A model generated the notes under the pieces. The model worked only from the letters and a program-made list of their open reading frames with translations, was not told where the DNA came from and ran no database searches. A stretch of DNA of 64,000 bases from a virus: the IMG/VR virus record IMGVR_UViG_3300029922_000007, positions 102,170 through 166,169 of that record. One strand, 5' to 3'. The position numbers and the translations under genes are program-made. Positions 1-9,316 of this stretch are shown here, in pieces. Numbering within the stretch: position 1 is the first letter of the stretch; every line of letters starts with the position of its first letter.

Positions 1-467
1 GCTAAAGCGCCGGTGGAAGTAGTGCCCCCAATAATAACTTGGTTAACGGTAAACGAAGTATCGCCAGTACCGCCGTTTGCAACAGGAATTGGGCCTAACA
101 TTGATAGTACTTGTGCTACAGTCAAATCTAAAGGAGCACCAGAAGCGCCTATATTGTTGCCCTTAATGGTATTTGCAGGCATTACGGCCAATTGAGTATT
201 AGTGATTGAGTGAGGAAGAACGTACAGCTTATTGGCACTGACTCCAATAGTAGAGTTATCTACCTGGACATCTAAGCCGGATGCGTTTACGATAAGAGCG
301 CTAGCTACGGGGATAAGAATCCCAACAGTAGTTCCGCTGCCGCCAGTGATACCTCCGCTAGAGTTGAACGTGGTTGAAACGATCTTATTCTGGTCTACAG
401 AATTAGATGCCATCTTAGCTAAGGTAATTGCACTATTCAAAATAAACTTTGTAGAAATTTGGCTCAT
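1..467 (-). CDS. Tail fibre-like protein, N-terminal part (runs off window)
   Basis: ATG at 467; translated by eye MSQISTKFILNSAITLAKM...PVANGGTGDTSFTVNQVIIGGTTSTG. Same N-terminus and PVANGGTG repeat as the adjacent 576-aa fibre. Confidence 0.8.
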   Translation of the reverse strand, partial: MSQISTKFILNSAITLAKMASNSVDQNKIVSTTFNSSGGITGGSGTTVGILIPVASALIVNASGLDVQVDNSTIGVSANKLYVLPHSITNTQLAVMPANTIKGNNIGASGAPLDLTVAQVLSMLGPIPVANGGTGDTSFTVNQVIIGGTTSTGAL

Positions 468-532
468 ACGTTTTTGAAGTTCCTAACTTCGGAGGTATCC
501 ACCCCCAGCTTCGATATTTCAATCGGTAATTA

Positions 533-554
533 GGGGCAGACTTTCATCTGCCCC
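533..554 (-). terminator. Stem-loop after the 576-aa fibre gene (possible terminator or processing site)
   Basis: GGGGCAGA-TGAAAG-TCTGCCCC on the minus strand just past the stop at 566; U-tract is weak. Confidence 0.45.
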
Positions 555-565
555 ACTATTTTAAA

Positions 566-2296
566 TTAATACGCGTATTTGATCATGAGAATGTCGCCCG
601 AGACCAAGGCAGCATTGCCGCCAGTAGCTAGATCCCCAGCAAATGTAATTCTAGTAACCCCACCAGCACCACCGGTCAAGGAAACGGTATAGTCCACTCC
701 CTTGAGTTGTTCTGGTCCACCAACAACATTAAGAGAAATGCTGTTTACGGTAGCGCTAGAACCTTGAGCTGGGTGAAGAAGATCTACGAACTGATTAGTT
801 ATATCTCCAGACACCAGAGTCTTGATGTCTTCGGTAACGGTCAGAGCGCTAGCAGTTGCTTGCCACGTTGGAGCAGCAGTGGCTCCATTGGAGGTCAACA
901 CGAATCCGGACGATGCGCCAGCAACTTGAGCCAGTGGTCCCGTTGAGGTAGTCCCACCAATAACGACTTGGTTGGCCGTGAAAGAAGAATCTCCAGTGCC
1001 ACCGTTAGCTACTGGAAGGACTCCGGTAACGCCGCTAGTCAGTGGCAGGCCGGTAGCGTTCGTAAGAACCGCAGCGCTAGGAGTTCCCAATGCTGGGGTT
1101 ACGAGCGTTGGGCTCGTGGCCAAAACCACATTCCCAGAGCCGGTAGTTGAAGCCGCACTGATTGCAGTTCCATTGCCTTGCAGAATACCGGTAATAGTCG
1201 TAGAAACTGTTAGTGCTGTACCGCTGTAGGTTCCAGCGAATCCATTGGCAGAAGCCATCGACATGACTACGGAACCTTGAGCCCCATTAACGAAGCTAAC
1301 ACCGGCAGCAGGAGTCGTTAATACCCATTTAGTCCCATTGTAGATTACCAGATCGCCAATTTGGAAGTTGACCATCGAGGGATCTGTCAACCCAGCAACC
1401 GTTCCAGTATCGGCAGCACTTACCCAATAAGTAAAACCGGTAGTTCCTGTACCATCAACCAAGGTAGGGGTATTGGTATTTGGATTCCAATTACCTTGGA
1501 ATTCCATGAGGGTAGATGGAAGCTGCGAAAGAGGGACTTTTCCGCCGCCATCCAAAGTGGCTACTCCACCCGCTGAACCTGCAAATGATAAATCTCCTAC
1601 GACAATAGCACGAGGGGTCATTGCCCCAGCGGAACCATTTGGAGAAGCCAAGAATAAATTTGCTGCTTCAGAAGTACCGGTAATGGCCAGAGTTCCAGAA
1701 GTGGTAATTGGGGAGCCGGTAACCGTCAACCAAGAAGGGGTCGTCAAGGCAACAGAGGTTACCGTTCCAGTAGAAGCAGTTTGCCAAGTAGGGGCTGCGG
1801 TCGTTCCGTTAGAGGTCAGAACGGTACCGGTAGCTCCTCCTGCAACAGCAGTGAATGGATTGGTAGAAGTCGTACCAGCGATAATAACCTGGTTAGCGCT
1901 GAAAGAACCAGAGCCGGTTCCACCATTGGCAACAGGGAGAATACCTGCTACTTGGGTCGTTAAACTAACAGTACCCGTCAGTTGGGACGTAGCAATCGAG
2001 AGCCCTGAACCGCCAGTAACGCCTACTGGAAGAACTCCGCTAAGGTTAGCCGCTGCCAAATTGGTTAAAGCCGATCCATTGACCGCTCCGAATGTACCTC
2101 CCGATACTTGTGAGCCAGAAATGGAAATACCCGAAACATCTCCAGAAGCAATCGCCCTAAAAGTTGTACCGCCAGATCCATCAGAAAAAAGAGCCGTGGT
2201 AGCCGCAGCCGCTCCAGAACCGATTTTACCGTGGGCTGCAGATGATCCTGAAGTTACCGCTAAGTCTTTGATAAATTTTGTTACGATTTGGCTCAT
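566..2296 (-). CDS. Tail fibre/appendage protein
   Basis: G/T/S/A-rich; repeated LPVANGGTG and GxVLTSNGxxAAPTWQ motifs; GVATLDGGGKVPLSQLP..QGNWNPNTNTPTL fibre motif. Confidence 0.8.
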   Translation of the reverse strand: MSQIVTKFIKDLAVTSGSSAAHGKIGSGAAAATTALFSDGSGGTTFRAIASGDVSGISISGSQVSGGTFGAVNGSALTNLAAANLSGVLPVGVTGGSGLSIATSQLTGTVSLTTQVAGILPVANGGTGSGSFSANQVIIAGTTSTNPFTAVAGGATGTVLTSNGTTAAPTWQTASTGTVTSVALTTPSWLTVTGSPITTSGTLAITGTSEAANLFLASPNGSAGAMTPRAIVVGDLSFAGSAGGVATLDGGGKVPLSQLPSTLMEFQGNWNPNTNTPTLVDGTGTTGFTYWVSAADTGTVAGLTDPSMVNFQIGDLVIYNGTKWVLTTPAAGVSFVNGAQGSVVMSMASANGFAGTYSGTALTVSTTITGILQGNGTAISAASTTGSGNVVLATSPTLVTPALGTPSAAVLTNATGLPLTSGVTGVLPVANGGTGDSSFTANQVVIGGTTSTGPLAQVAGASSGFVLTSNGATAAPTWQATASALTVTEDIKTLVSGDITNQFVDLLHPAQGSSATVNSISLNVVGGPEQLKGVDYTVSLTGGAGGVTRITFAGDLATGGNAALVSGDILMIKYAY

Positions 2297-2305
2297 AAAA
2301 ATTCC

Positions 2306-3328
2306 TTAATTGTATTGAACTACGAGCATATCGCCCGAAACTAAAACCCCATCTAAGAATAATCCACTCCAACTAAGCTGAGAGCCGGAAACTGTGTAAT
2401 CTGCCCCATACGATTGCATAGGGCCGCCAATAACTGTAAGAATGGTATCGGCGGCTGTATCTGGAGCGGAACTAAGTGTTACAAATTTATTGGTAATGTC
2501 TGTACCAGACAAAGTAAATAAATTAACATTATAAGAAGATGCCAACATCGAATTAGTGATAGCGCCATTTGCGATACTTGTAGCATTACCAACACTTGTA
2601 ACTACACCAGTAAGATTAGCGTTTGTGGTGACGGTCCCGGCATTACCGGTAATACTCCCAGTAGGAATAACGTAATCTGTTCCAGCGGTGGCTGCTGAAA
2701 CGGCTGTACCGTTACCTTTAAGGAGCCCAGAGATAGTAGTCGAGATTGTGATAGCAGGGGTAGTAGTAGCTGTAGCTACGGTCCCCGCAAAACCGTTTGC
2801 AGAAACAACTGAGACAGAAGATACCGTACCTGATCCAGCTGCAGGAGTCATCCATGCGGGTAGACCAGAAACAACAGTTAGGACTTGTCCTGCAGACCCA
2901 ATCGGCAATCTAGCCGCTGCTGGAGTCGCATTTTCAAAAAGTATATCTCCAGCGGTAGTTAAAGGAGATAGAGCATTAAAAGAAGAAGACGTAGAAGTTT
3001 GGCCCGTTCCACCATTAGCTACTGGAAGAGCAGTTCCAGAAAGGGTTACTGCTAGGGTACCAGTGCTGGTGATGGGAGATCCTGAAACACTCAAGAAAGA
3101 TGGTACAGTTAATGCAACAGATGTGACTGTTCCAGAACCACTACCAGGACTCCAACTCAGATTCCCAGCTCCATCGTTGGTCAGAACGTAACCGGAAGAG
3201 GCGGCTTGGGCTGGAGGCCAGAAAATAGAATACGTTGTAGTTACTGCGGAAGCAAATTGAGTTATAGAGCCAGAAGTGGCTCCGCTTAGTTGAGATTTAG
3301 CGCTAGTAGAAGATGGATTGTATGACAT
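2306..3328 (-). CDS. Tail fibre/appendage protein (paralogue of 566-2296)
   Basis: Shares GTVTSVALT, LPVANGGTG, SANGFAGT and the C-terminal GGP-x-Q..DYTV..LVSGD module with its neighbour. Confidence 0.8.
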   Translation of the reverse strand: MSYNPSSTSAKSQLSGATSGSITQFASAVTTTYSIFWPPAQAASSGYVLTNDGAGNLSWSPGSGSGTVTSVALTVPSFLSVSGSPITSTGTLAVTLSGTALPVANGGTGQTSTSSSFNALSPLTTAGDILFENATPAAARLPIGSAGQVLTVVSGLPAWMTPAAGSGTVSSVSVVSANGFAGTVATATTTPAITISTTISGLLKGNGTAVSAATAGTDYVIPTGSITGNAGTVTTNANLTGVVTSVGNATSIANGAITNSMLASSYNVNLFTLSGTDITNKFVTLSSAPDTAADTILTVIGGPMQSYGADYTVSGSQLSWSGLFLDGVLVSGDMLVVQYN

Positions 3329-3329
3329 A

Positions 3330-6278
3330 TTACAGAATATCCCATCCTGAGCCGTTGGAAGCTAAAGTAAACGATTCGTACTGAACATTTTCATATTGGG
3401 CGCTGAATCCATCGATTAAATCCGATCCAAACGCGTTGATGTTTAGGTAATTTGACGTACTGTCAACCTTTTTTAGGTAGAAAATTCTTCCAGTTACGGT
3501 AGAAGCGGCTGGTAAATCAAAGTTAACTACTCCAGCAGTGCAATCCGCGCGTAAAATACAGTCGCCTGTAAGAACAGCGTAGGTAGTTGGACCGAACTTA
3601 GTGGAAACAGAAACGGGAGTCATGCTTCCGTTCAGTCCTGGAGCGCCAGGAGCACCAGCCGGACCAGCAGGACCGACAGCGTTAGCTCCATTGCCTCCTC
3701 CGCCACCAAGCCTAATTTCAACTTCGTCCCCAATAACTAAGCCGCCGCCAGGAAGAGTAAGAATCTGAATTTGATTAGAAGGAGTTCCAGGTGCGCCAAC
3801 TTCAGCGTAAGCTCCGGACTCCAAATCCATGAACTGACCGTTCAAGAATAAGAGGAGCGACCCTGCTCCAACAGTATACTGTTGTGGGATATTTCCTTCT
3901 CTGCTATTGTTAGGAAGAGTAAGGAAACTTCCATTAGCAACGGGACCATTCAAACTGGTCGGTGGGGTTGCGCCTGATGCGACTATCTCGATAACTTCAT
4001 CGTACGAAGGAGAATCCAAGAGGGCTTGGATATTCCCAATAGCTTTATCTAGCTCTTTGATAGCTAAGGTCAAACTATCGGAGTCATGTATAACGTAGTT
4101 ACCAGTGCCAGTCCCGGATTGAGAAGTAGTGATCGCAAATGGAGCGCCAACGTTTACATTGCTAGCACCATTCGAAGTTCCTGCAGATGTATTGGTTACT
4201 ACAAGTGTGCCAACCCCAGAAGTAGCTGAAAAGTCTCCAAATGGAGCTGAATTCAGAGCAAGAGCCAACTTTGTTGCAACTTGAGTGGCTGTATCTCCAG
4301 TTAAGATGTCCACTTCAATAATAGCATTCGTATTTGGAGCTACAGGAGCACTACCTACACCGCTAACTTTGAACCAAACAGCGTATTCGCGAGCGTCTGC
4401 AGAAGAGCTAATGAGGAAATACTGACCGCCAGTAATAGTTGATCCACCACCAGTGGTAAAATCGGAGATCTGAACGGTAGATCCTGGATTCATAGCCGCT
4501 ACATATTGTGGCTTAGAAGATGACGCCGATGGAGAACCGATATATTGCAGAAGCTCAAGAGAGGTAGTTCCGGAAACAGATACACTCTCGCCATTATCAA
4601 GTTCTTGTGATAGGAAGCGAATGTAAACTTTAGGATTTCCCCCATTGTCTTCTCGCAGGAACAGCCAGAAAACATCGGCCCCTACTGGAACAGAGGCGCG
4701 GGACGAAATTTGAATAGCGCGGGTATCGCCAACTGGAGATGGCGAAGCATGATAAGAGCCAAACGCATACTGGGCTTGAGATCCGCCAGCACCAGAATTG
4801 TCCCCAGCCGAAACATTGCTCGTAAGGGTAACTTGAGATCCAGAATTGACTGTCAAGATCTGGTAATAACCGGAAGAAGTATTTGAAGCGACCTTAATAA
4901 AGTCACCGGGAAGTAGTCCAGAAGTCCAGGTTACAGCGCCAACAGAATTGACAGTTGGGGAACCTGAAACAAAAATCAGGTTTGGAGCGATAGGGACTTC
5001 TCTATTAAGGAGAATATAGGCTACTTCATCATCCGTAAGTGTTATATCGGTAGAAGAAGGATTAGCAGCAATAGTATAGGTGAGGGAAGATCCGATGACA
5101 CGAATTTCAATCGGTTGATCCCAATTGATCTGCCCTGGAGAAGTGATAGCGCTCGGACTATAGAAACTTACGCCAATTCCAGTACCGTTTAGGGTAGCTG
5201 GTTGGGACATGGTAATCGTAGACCCAGCGATAGAAAGTATGGTAGCCCCTTGAGGAATACCAGTACCGAAGATGAAGTCCCCATTAACTAATCCAGCAGT
5301 AGAAGCTAGAGAGGTTAACTGATTGCTAGTGACAGCTATATTTCCGGTGGTAACTAGGATAGGATCAGAATTAGGTAGAATCCCGTTAGAAATTTCACCA
5401 CTGCCGGTAATAACAGTATTCCCGAGATCCTGGAAAAGACTTTGCAGGGAGGGAATTGGACCACCTCCACCGCCGCCTGCTCCTGAGAACCAATAGGGCG
5501 TGCCCTTGATTCCAAGAAGTTCGGACATGATGGCGTTCATCCAAGATTTCAGGCTGTCTAGTTGTTTATCGCCGCCTATAAAGGGGTTAGCGGAGCTATT
5601 AGTAGCACTGATGGTTACTGGAGACTGGGTTTGCCCTTGGCTCCAAGGATAGGTGAAGTTAGGGTTAGGGCTAATTCCACCAGTTTCGAGGGAATAGAGC
5701 ATCCAGCGGGGATCGGTGATAGTTAGGACGTTTCCGTTAGAATCTGTGGTTACGATAGCTGCTGGGAGGACGTTTTGAGCCCAAGGAGAGGTCGTGATGA
5801 TGATTTTGTAGGTGAGGGTTTGGGCTTCAGGTGCTATCTCAGTTATTTCGTCGTTGGCGGTTGCGTTCCAGATGTACTTGGTTACGTCTGTGCTAGGATC
5901 AGCGAATCGATTGTAATCAATACCCACATAGTTCGTGCTGGAAGCTGTGAAGGATCCGGAAACATTAGGATTTGTGGCTGCATTTAGGACCTGGTTAGCG
6001 GTCCCAAGTGGTACCTGGAAAACGGTGCCGCTGGCCGACGCATCAATATTTAAAATAGAGCCTGGGTCTACGATCATCTGTAGGCCGTTTGCGGCGGAGC
6101 CAATAGCTCCGGACGTAACCAGTGAGAACCCGCGAATGATGTAACCCTGCGAAGTTCCAGTAATAATGGCGGTTACTGCAGCATCCCAATCAGAACGGGA
6201 AGCGCTTTCGATGCGCCTAAGGCTGCTCACATCCAGGCGTTGCTCGCTCAAAATGTTAAGAGTGCTTAATACTGCCAT
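3330..6278 (-). CDS. Large baseplate-associated fibre/structural protein
   Basis: 982 aa, beta-rich, short collagen-like GPAGPAGAPGAPG stretch, C-terminal LPAAS..GRIFYLKKVD..SNGSGW fibre-type domain. Confidence 0.75.
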   Translation of the reverse strand: MAVLSTLNILSEQRLDVSSLRRIESASRSDWDAAVTAIITGTSQGYIIRGFSLVTSGAIGSAANGLQMIVDPGSILNIDASASGTVFQVPLGTANQVLNAATNPNVSGSFTASSTNYVGIDYNRFADPSTDVTKYIWNATANDEITEIAPEAQTLTYKIIITTSPWAQNVLPAAIVTTDSNGNVLTITDPRWMLYSLETGGISPNPNFTYPWSQGQTQSPVTISATNSSANPFIGGDKQLDSLKSWMNAIMSELLGIKGTPYWFSGAGGGGGGPIPSLQSLFQDLGNTVITGSGEISNGILPNSDPILVTTGNIAVTSNQLTSLASTAGLVNGDFIFGTGIPQGATILSIAGSTITMSQPATLNGTGIGVSFYSPSAITSPGQINWDQPIEIRVIGSSLTYTIAANPSSTDITLTDDEVAYILLNREVPIAPNLIFVSGSPTVNSVGAVTWTSGLLPGDFIKVASNTSSGYYQILTVNSGSQVTLTSNVSAGDNSGAGGSQAQYAFGSYHASPSPVGDTRAIQISSRASVPVGADVFWLFLREDNGGNPKVYIRFLSQELDNGESVSVSGTTSLELLQYIGSPSASSSKPQYVAAMNPGSTVQISDFTTGGGSTITGGQYFLISSSADAREYAVWFKVSGVGSAPVAPNTNAIIEVDILTGDTATQVATKLALALNSAPFGDFSATSGVGTLVVTNTSAGTSNGASNVNVGAPFAITTSQSGTGTGNYVIHDSDSLTLAIKELDKAIGNIQALLDSPSYDEVIEIVASGATPPTSLNGPVANGSFLTLPNNSREGNIPQQYTVGAGSLLLFLNGQFMDLESGAYAEVGAPGTPSNQIQILTLPGGGLVIGDEVEIRLGGGGGNGANAVGPAGPAGAPGAPGLNGSMTPVSVSTKFGPTTYAVLTGDCILRADCTAGVVNFDLPAASTVTGRIFYLKKVDSTSNYLNINAFGSDLIDGFSAQYENVQYESFTLASNGSGWDIL

Positions 6279-7158
6279 AAATATTTGATTTCCTAGGCCT
6301 TTTCTTCAATTTATTGGATCTACGGCCTATAACCTTAGTACCATTAAAGGTGGCGATAGCGTATAGGTATCGCTCTTCTAATAAGATTGTGGGTTGGTCC
6401 TCATCTGCAAAAACCCAAACATGCTGTCCAGCGGACTTACTCTCCTTGAATAGGCAAGCCCCTCTTATTGCTGTAGAATGAGCGTCGATAGTTTTTTGGG
6501 CTACGAAACAGGACGGAAATTCTATAATTGAGCCATCGACTAAAGACTTACCTATAATAGCCCTGGATTGGTCATTGTTTCCGCGTTTTTTGGCCATTAA
6601 TCTTCTTCGTTCCATCTCCTCCACATTAAATTCGGATTTATGCATCCAAACCCAGCCACCGCAAGAAATTGCCTGCTGAGTTCTCTTCCCACAAATAGAA
6701 ACCGATAGTAGACAACATTTTCCGATATTTTTATAGTTAAACCCATCTAGGGCCGTATCTTTCCCACACGAGTATTCTTTAATCTCACCAGTCTCTATAG
6801 ACATTCCTATAATTGGTTTCTTAGAGGATTCTCCTATTTTTCTTTTTGCCTCTTCCGTATGCTTTACTGGGGGAGCGTCATAGCCGCCCTTTTTAAGGTT
6901 ATATAGGCGATGTTTTTCGTTTTCTAAGGTAAATATTTCTGCGGCTTCCATCTCCGCAATAGTTGAGAATTTCTGCCTTATGTGATACTTAAAAGCGCCT
7001 ACTCCGAATTCGTTGTATGCTTCTTGCAACTTATAGTTGTAGTGTTCATTTCTTTCCAATGATTTTCTGTGGGCAGACCAACGTCGTTCGATCCTACCCT
7101 TGGTAATTCCGGCGTAGCCCATTCCGTTAACAGTATTCGTAATCTCGTATAGAAACAT
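6256..7158 (-). CDS. GIY-YIG homing endonuclease with NUMOD-type DNA-binding repeats
   Basis: FLYEITNTVNGMGYAGIT..RRWSAH..LQEAYNEFG..E..YN; NUMOD3-like HTEEAKRKIGES; two IIG.S..G.I.EF/Y..W.W/F repeats. Confidence 0.85.
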   Translation of the reverse strand: MFLYEITNTVNGMGYAGITKGRIERRWSAHRKSLERNEHYNYKLQEAYNEFGVGAFKYHIRQKFSTIAEMEAAEIFTLENEKHRLYNLKKGGYDAPPVKHTEEAKRKIGESSKKPIIGMSIETGEIKEYSCGKDTALDGFNYKNIGKCCLLSVSICGKRTQQAISCGGWVWMHKSEFNVEEMERRRLMAKKRGNNDQSRAIIGKSLVDGSIIEFPSCFVAQKTIDAHSTAIRGACLFKESKSAGQHVWVFADEDQPTILLEERYLYAIATFNGTKVIGRRSNKLKKRPRKSNIYGSIKHS

Positions 7159-7194
7159 ACCCTTACTATATCATATCTCTCCTTGATTTCACTA

Positions 7195-7202
7195 CAATCT
7201 TG
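7195..7202 (+). promoter_or_regulatory. Putative late promoter motif CAATCTTG
   Basis: Same motif as upstream of the structural blocks; intergenic, inside the palindrome ACTACAA-TC-TTGTAGT. Confidence 0.45.
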
Positions 7203-7229
7203 TAGTAGAGTACGAATATGAGGTGCGAT

Positions 7230-7610
7230 TTGGGTAAAATCCGTCGTGGGTCAAAAGAATATTCTAAAGAACAGAGATTGATCAGAGAAAACAAACAGTT
7301 GAAGAAAGAGCTGGGTCACCTACGCAAGCAAATTGCTAGAATCGACCTCGACCGATACGAAACTGTTACGCAAATGTGCGCGGACTATCAAGAATCTGAG
7401 AGATTTCAGGAAAATATGGCTGATACCACTTCAAATGTGGACGATTTGAAGAAGGAATGGGCCTGTAATTCCTGTAGTTCCGGATACTTAGAGATTTTCT
7501 TGTACTCCAAGATGGGCGAAACGCACTACTATAGACGGTGCAACGGCTGTCAACATAGGACCCACGGAAAAAGATATTCGGCACAAGTCAAAGGAATTTT
7601 ACATCAATGA
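7230..7610 (+). CDS. Hypothetical protein, coiled coil plus C-terminal Zn ribbon
   Basis: GAGGTG SD before TTG at 7230; CxxC...CxxC near the C-terminus. Confidence 0.7.
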   Translation: MGKIRRGSKEYSKEQRLIRENKQLKKELGHLRKQIARIDLDRYETVTQMCADYQESERFQENMADTTSNVDDLKKEWACNSCSSGYLEIFLYSKMGETHYYRRCNGCQHRTHGKRYSAQVKGILHQ

Positions 7611-7831
7611 GTGATTATTTTAAAGAAGGCTCTGTGGTAATTGTAGATACCGGCCAATCGGGTTGTCTTACCCATCTGGACGGTAACGAAGCTTCTGTTC
7701 TACTTCTAAACCTAGAAATGTGGCACGGAATGACCAATAGGCTTAGACTGCCTCAGAACCAGGAAGATTTAAGCGCGTGCCCTCTTAATGTTGAAAAAGA
7801 GATCCCTCTTAAGCGTATTTCTAGGGATTAG
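7607..7831 (+). CDS. Hypothetical protein
   Basis: ATGA overlap with the upstream gene. Confidence 0.65.
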   Translation: MSDYFKEGSVVIVDTGQSGCLTHLDGNEASVLLLNLEMWHGMTNRLRLPQNQEDLSACPLNVEKEIPLKRISRD

Positions 7832-8568
7832 CTTACCCAGTACTTAATGAATGGATGTCCGGACTGGTAATAAGCTTGAGCAACCCCATTCATTTCGGCA
7901 TCCCCATAGTCTTTTTTTAAACGCCAATACCAAATAAAAGAAGCTACGTAGCACATGAAGGATGTTTGGTAAGTATTCTGCATAAGATGCCAACTTAAGC
8001 GTCTTGGGTCTGCCTGATTGATGGGCGTATTCGTGCAGCTAATCGCTATGGATGCTGCTGCTATAAAAAATAAGGGCATCGCCATAACCCTAACCAAAAG
8101 ATGAAGTGGGTTCCAGAAAGACGGGAACGCAGCTGAAACCATAGCTGCTAATAGTTGAGGCTGTCTGACCAAAAAACTTTGAGTGGTCCACTGACCTGGG
8201 CTAACATTGTTCAACGCTCCGAGATATCGAAAAACAGCCCAAAGAAATTTTCTGGGTATTTTAGTGTTTCCTAAGTATGAGCAAGCATTTAGGACGGCAT
8301 AGTAGTCGTCCGGACCTTCTTGACCATCTGATTGACTAGTTGGAACCCTATTGAGCATACCCTGTGAGTTTATGCAGTTTTGTATCGTTTTATCGAAAGT
8401 TACACAATCATCTTGCGTTAATTGATTAGATTTTGCTAAGATAGTGTAATATTCGGACGTAAACATTGGGCCGTTGTCACTAGCAGAAAGCGTTCCGGGT
8501 GTAACTAGATTTGGTGAAATCAATCCGTTACCATCTATATAAGGCTTAATGTCGTCTCTAATACTCAT
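7828..8568 (-). CDS. Hypothetical helical protein with hydrophobic segments, probably late
   Basis: 246-aa ORF directly preceded by CAATCTTA. Confidence 0.7.
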   Translation of the reverse strand: MSIRDDIKPYIDGNGLISPNLVTPGTLSASDNGPMFTSEYYTILAKSNQLTQDDCVTFDKTIQNCINSQGMLNRVPTSQSDGQEGPDDYYAVLNACSYLGNTKIPRKFLWAVFRYLGALNNVSPGQWTTQSFLVRQPQLLAAMVSAAFPSFWNPLHLLVRVMAMPLFFIAAASIAISCTNTPINQADPRRLSWHLMQNTYQTSFMCYVASFIWYWRLKKDYGDAEMNGVAQAYYQSGHPFIKYWVS

Positions 8569-8573
8569 ACTAG

Positions 8574-8581
8574 TAAGATTG
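8574..8581 (-). promoter_or_regulatory. Putative late promoter motif CAATCTTA
   Basis: 5 nt upstream of ATG 8568. Confidence 0.6.
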
Positions 8582-8607
8582 ACATTAGAATTTTGGCATG
8601 GTAGAGT
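8579..8607 (+). promoter_or_regulatory. Sigma70-type promoter (leaderless SLT mRNA)
   Basis: TTGACA-17-TAGAGT with TG extension; ATG follows after 6 nt. Confidence 0.75.
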
Positions 8608-8613
8608 CTAGAA

Positions 8614-9060
8614 ATGGAAGTAATGACCCTTATTATGTCTGCGGCTAAGGCGGTTGGAGTATCTGGAACCCTGTTGCTTGCTATTTGCAACCATGAATCT
8701 GGGGGGTTTAGGCAAAATTATGCCCCTTTTGATAAGGGCACACCAAGTTATGGTTCTTGCCAGCTAAAGGAAGATACGGCCTTAATGTTTAACTTTCAGG
8801 GTCTCCCCTTTGAACTTAACGATCCCAAAGAAAATGCCAAATATTCCGCCTTATATCTGAAATATCAGCAGGATAGATACGGTGAAGACTGGGTTAAGAT
8901 GACAGCGGCCTATAATAGTGGCACGTTTTTTGAAAGTAAGAGGGTTCCTGGCTGTCCGCGCAACCTCCGATACGTCAATCTGGTAAAGGCCAAGCTGCCC
9001 TTGGATTTGCAAGGAAGGCTGAATTGTGGCTTTTCTAGCAATTTTGCGGAGGCAGAATGA
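8614..9060 (+). CDS. Lytic transglycosylase (SLT domain)
   Basis: LLAICNHES (catalytic E), SYGSCQL..TA, L.DP.EN, AAYNSG motifs. Confidence 0.85.
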   Translation: MEVMTLIMSAAKAVGVSGTLLLAICNHESGGFRQNYAPFDKGTPSYGSCQLKEDTALMFNFQGLPFELNDPKENAKYSALYLKYQQDRYGEDWVKMTAAYNSGTFFESKRVPGCPRNLRYVNLVKAKLPLDLQGRLNCGFSSNFAEAE

Positions 9061-9251
9061 TTAAGTTTTGTTGGCTGTGCAGCAAGAAACTCTGGGGTCG
9101 TCACAAAGAAGTCTTGATAATTGATTACTATCCTAGGACCCTCCACAAGTCTTGTGCTAAGGACATTAAGCGAGAATCTGACTACCAGAAGGACAGAGAT
9201 GGAAGCTATCACTCCATGCATTGGGAGCCTATGGGCGCTTTTACGGATTAG
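9057..9251 (+). CDS. Hypothetical small Zn-binding protein
   Basis: ATGA overlap; CxxC...HxxC. Confidence 0.6.
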   Translation: MIKFCWLCSKKLWGRHKEVLIIDYYPRTLHKSCAKDIKRESDYQKDRDGSYHSMHWEPMGAFTD

Positions 9252-9253
9252 GA

Positions 9254-9282
9254 TTGACTCTTTAAGGTAGGTGTGATACTGT
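9254..9282 (+). promoter_or_regulatory. Sigma70-type promoter
   Basis: TTGACT-17-TACTGT with TG extension. Confidence 0.6.
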
Positions 9283-9316
9283 CTTTTTAGGTAGAAAGCC
9301 TAGAAAGAGTTGATCC

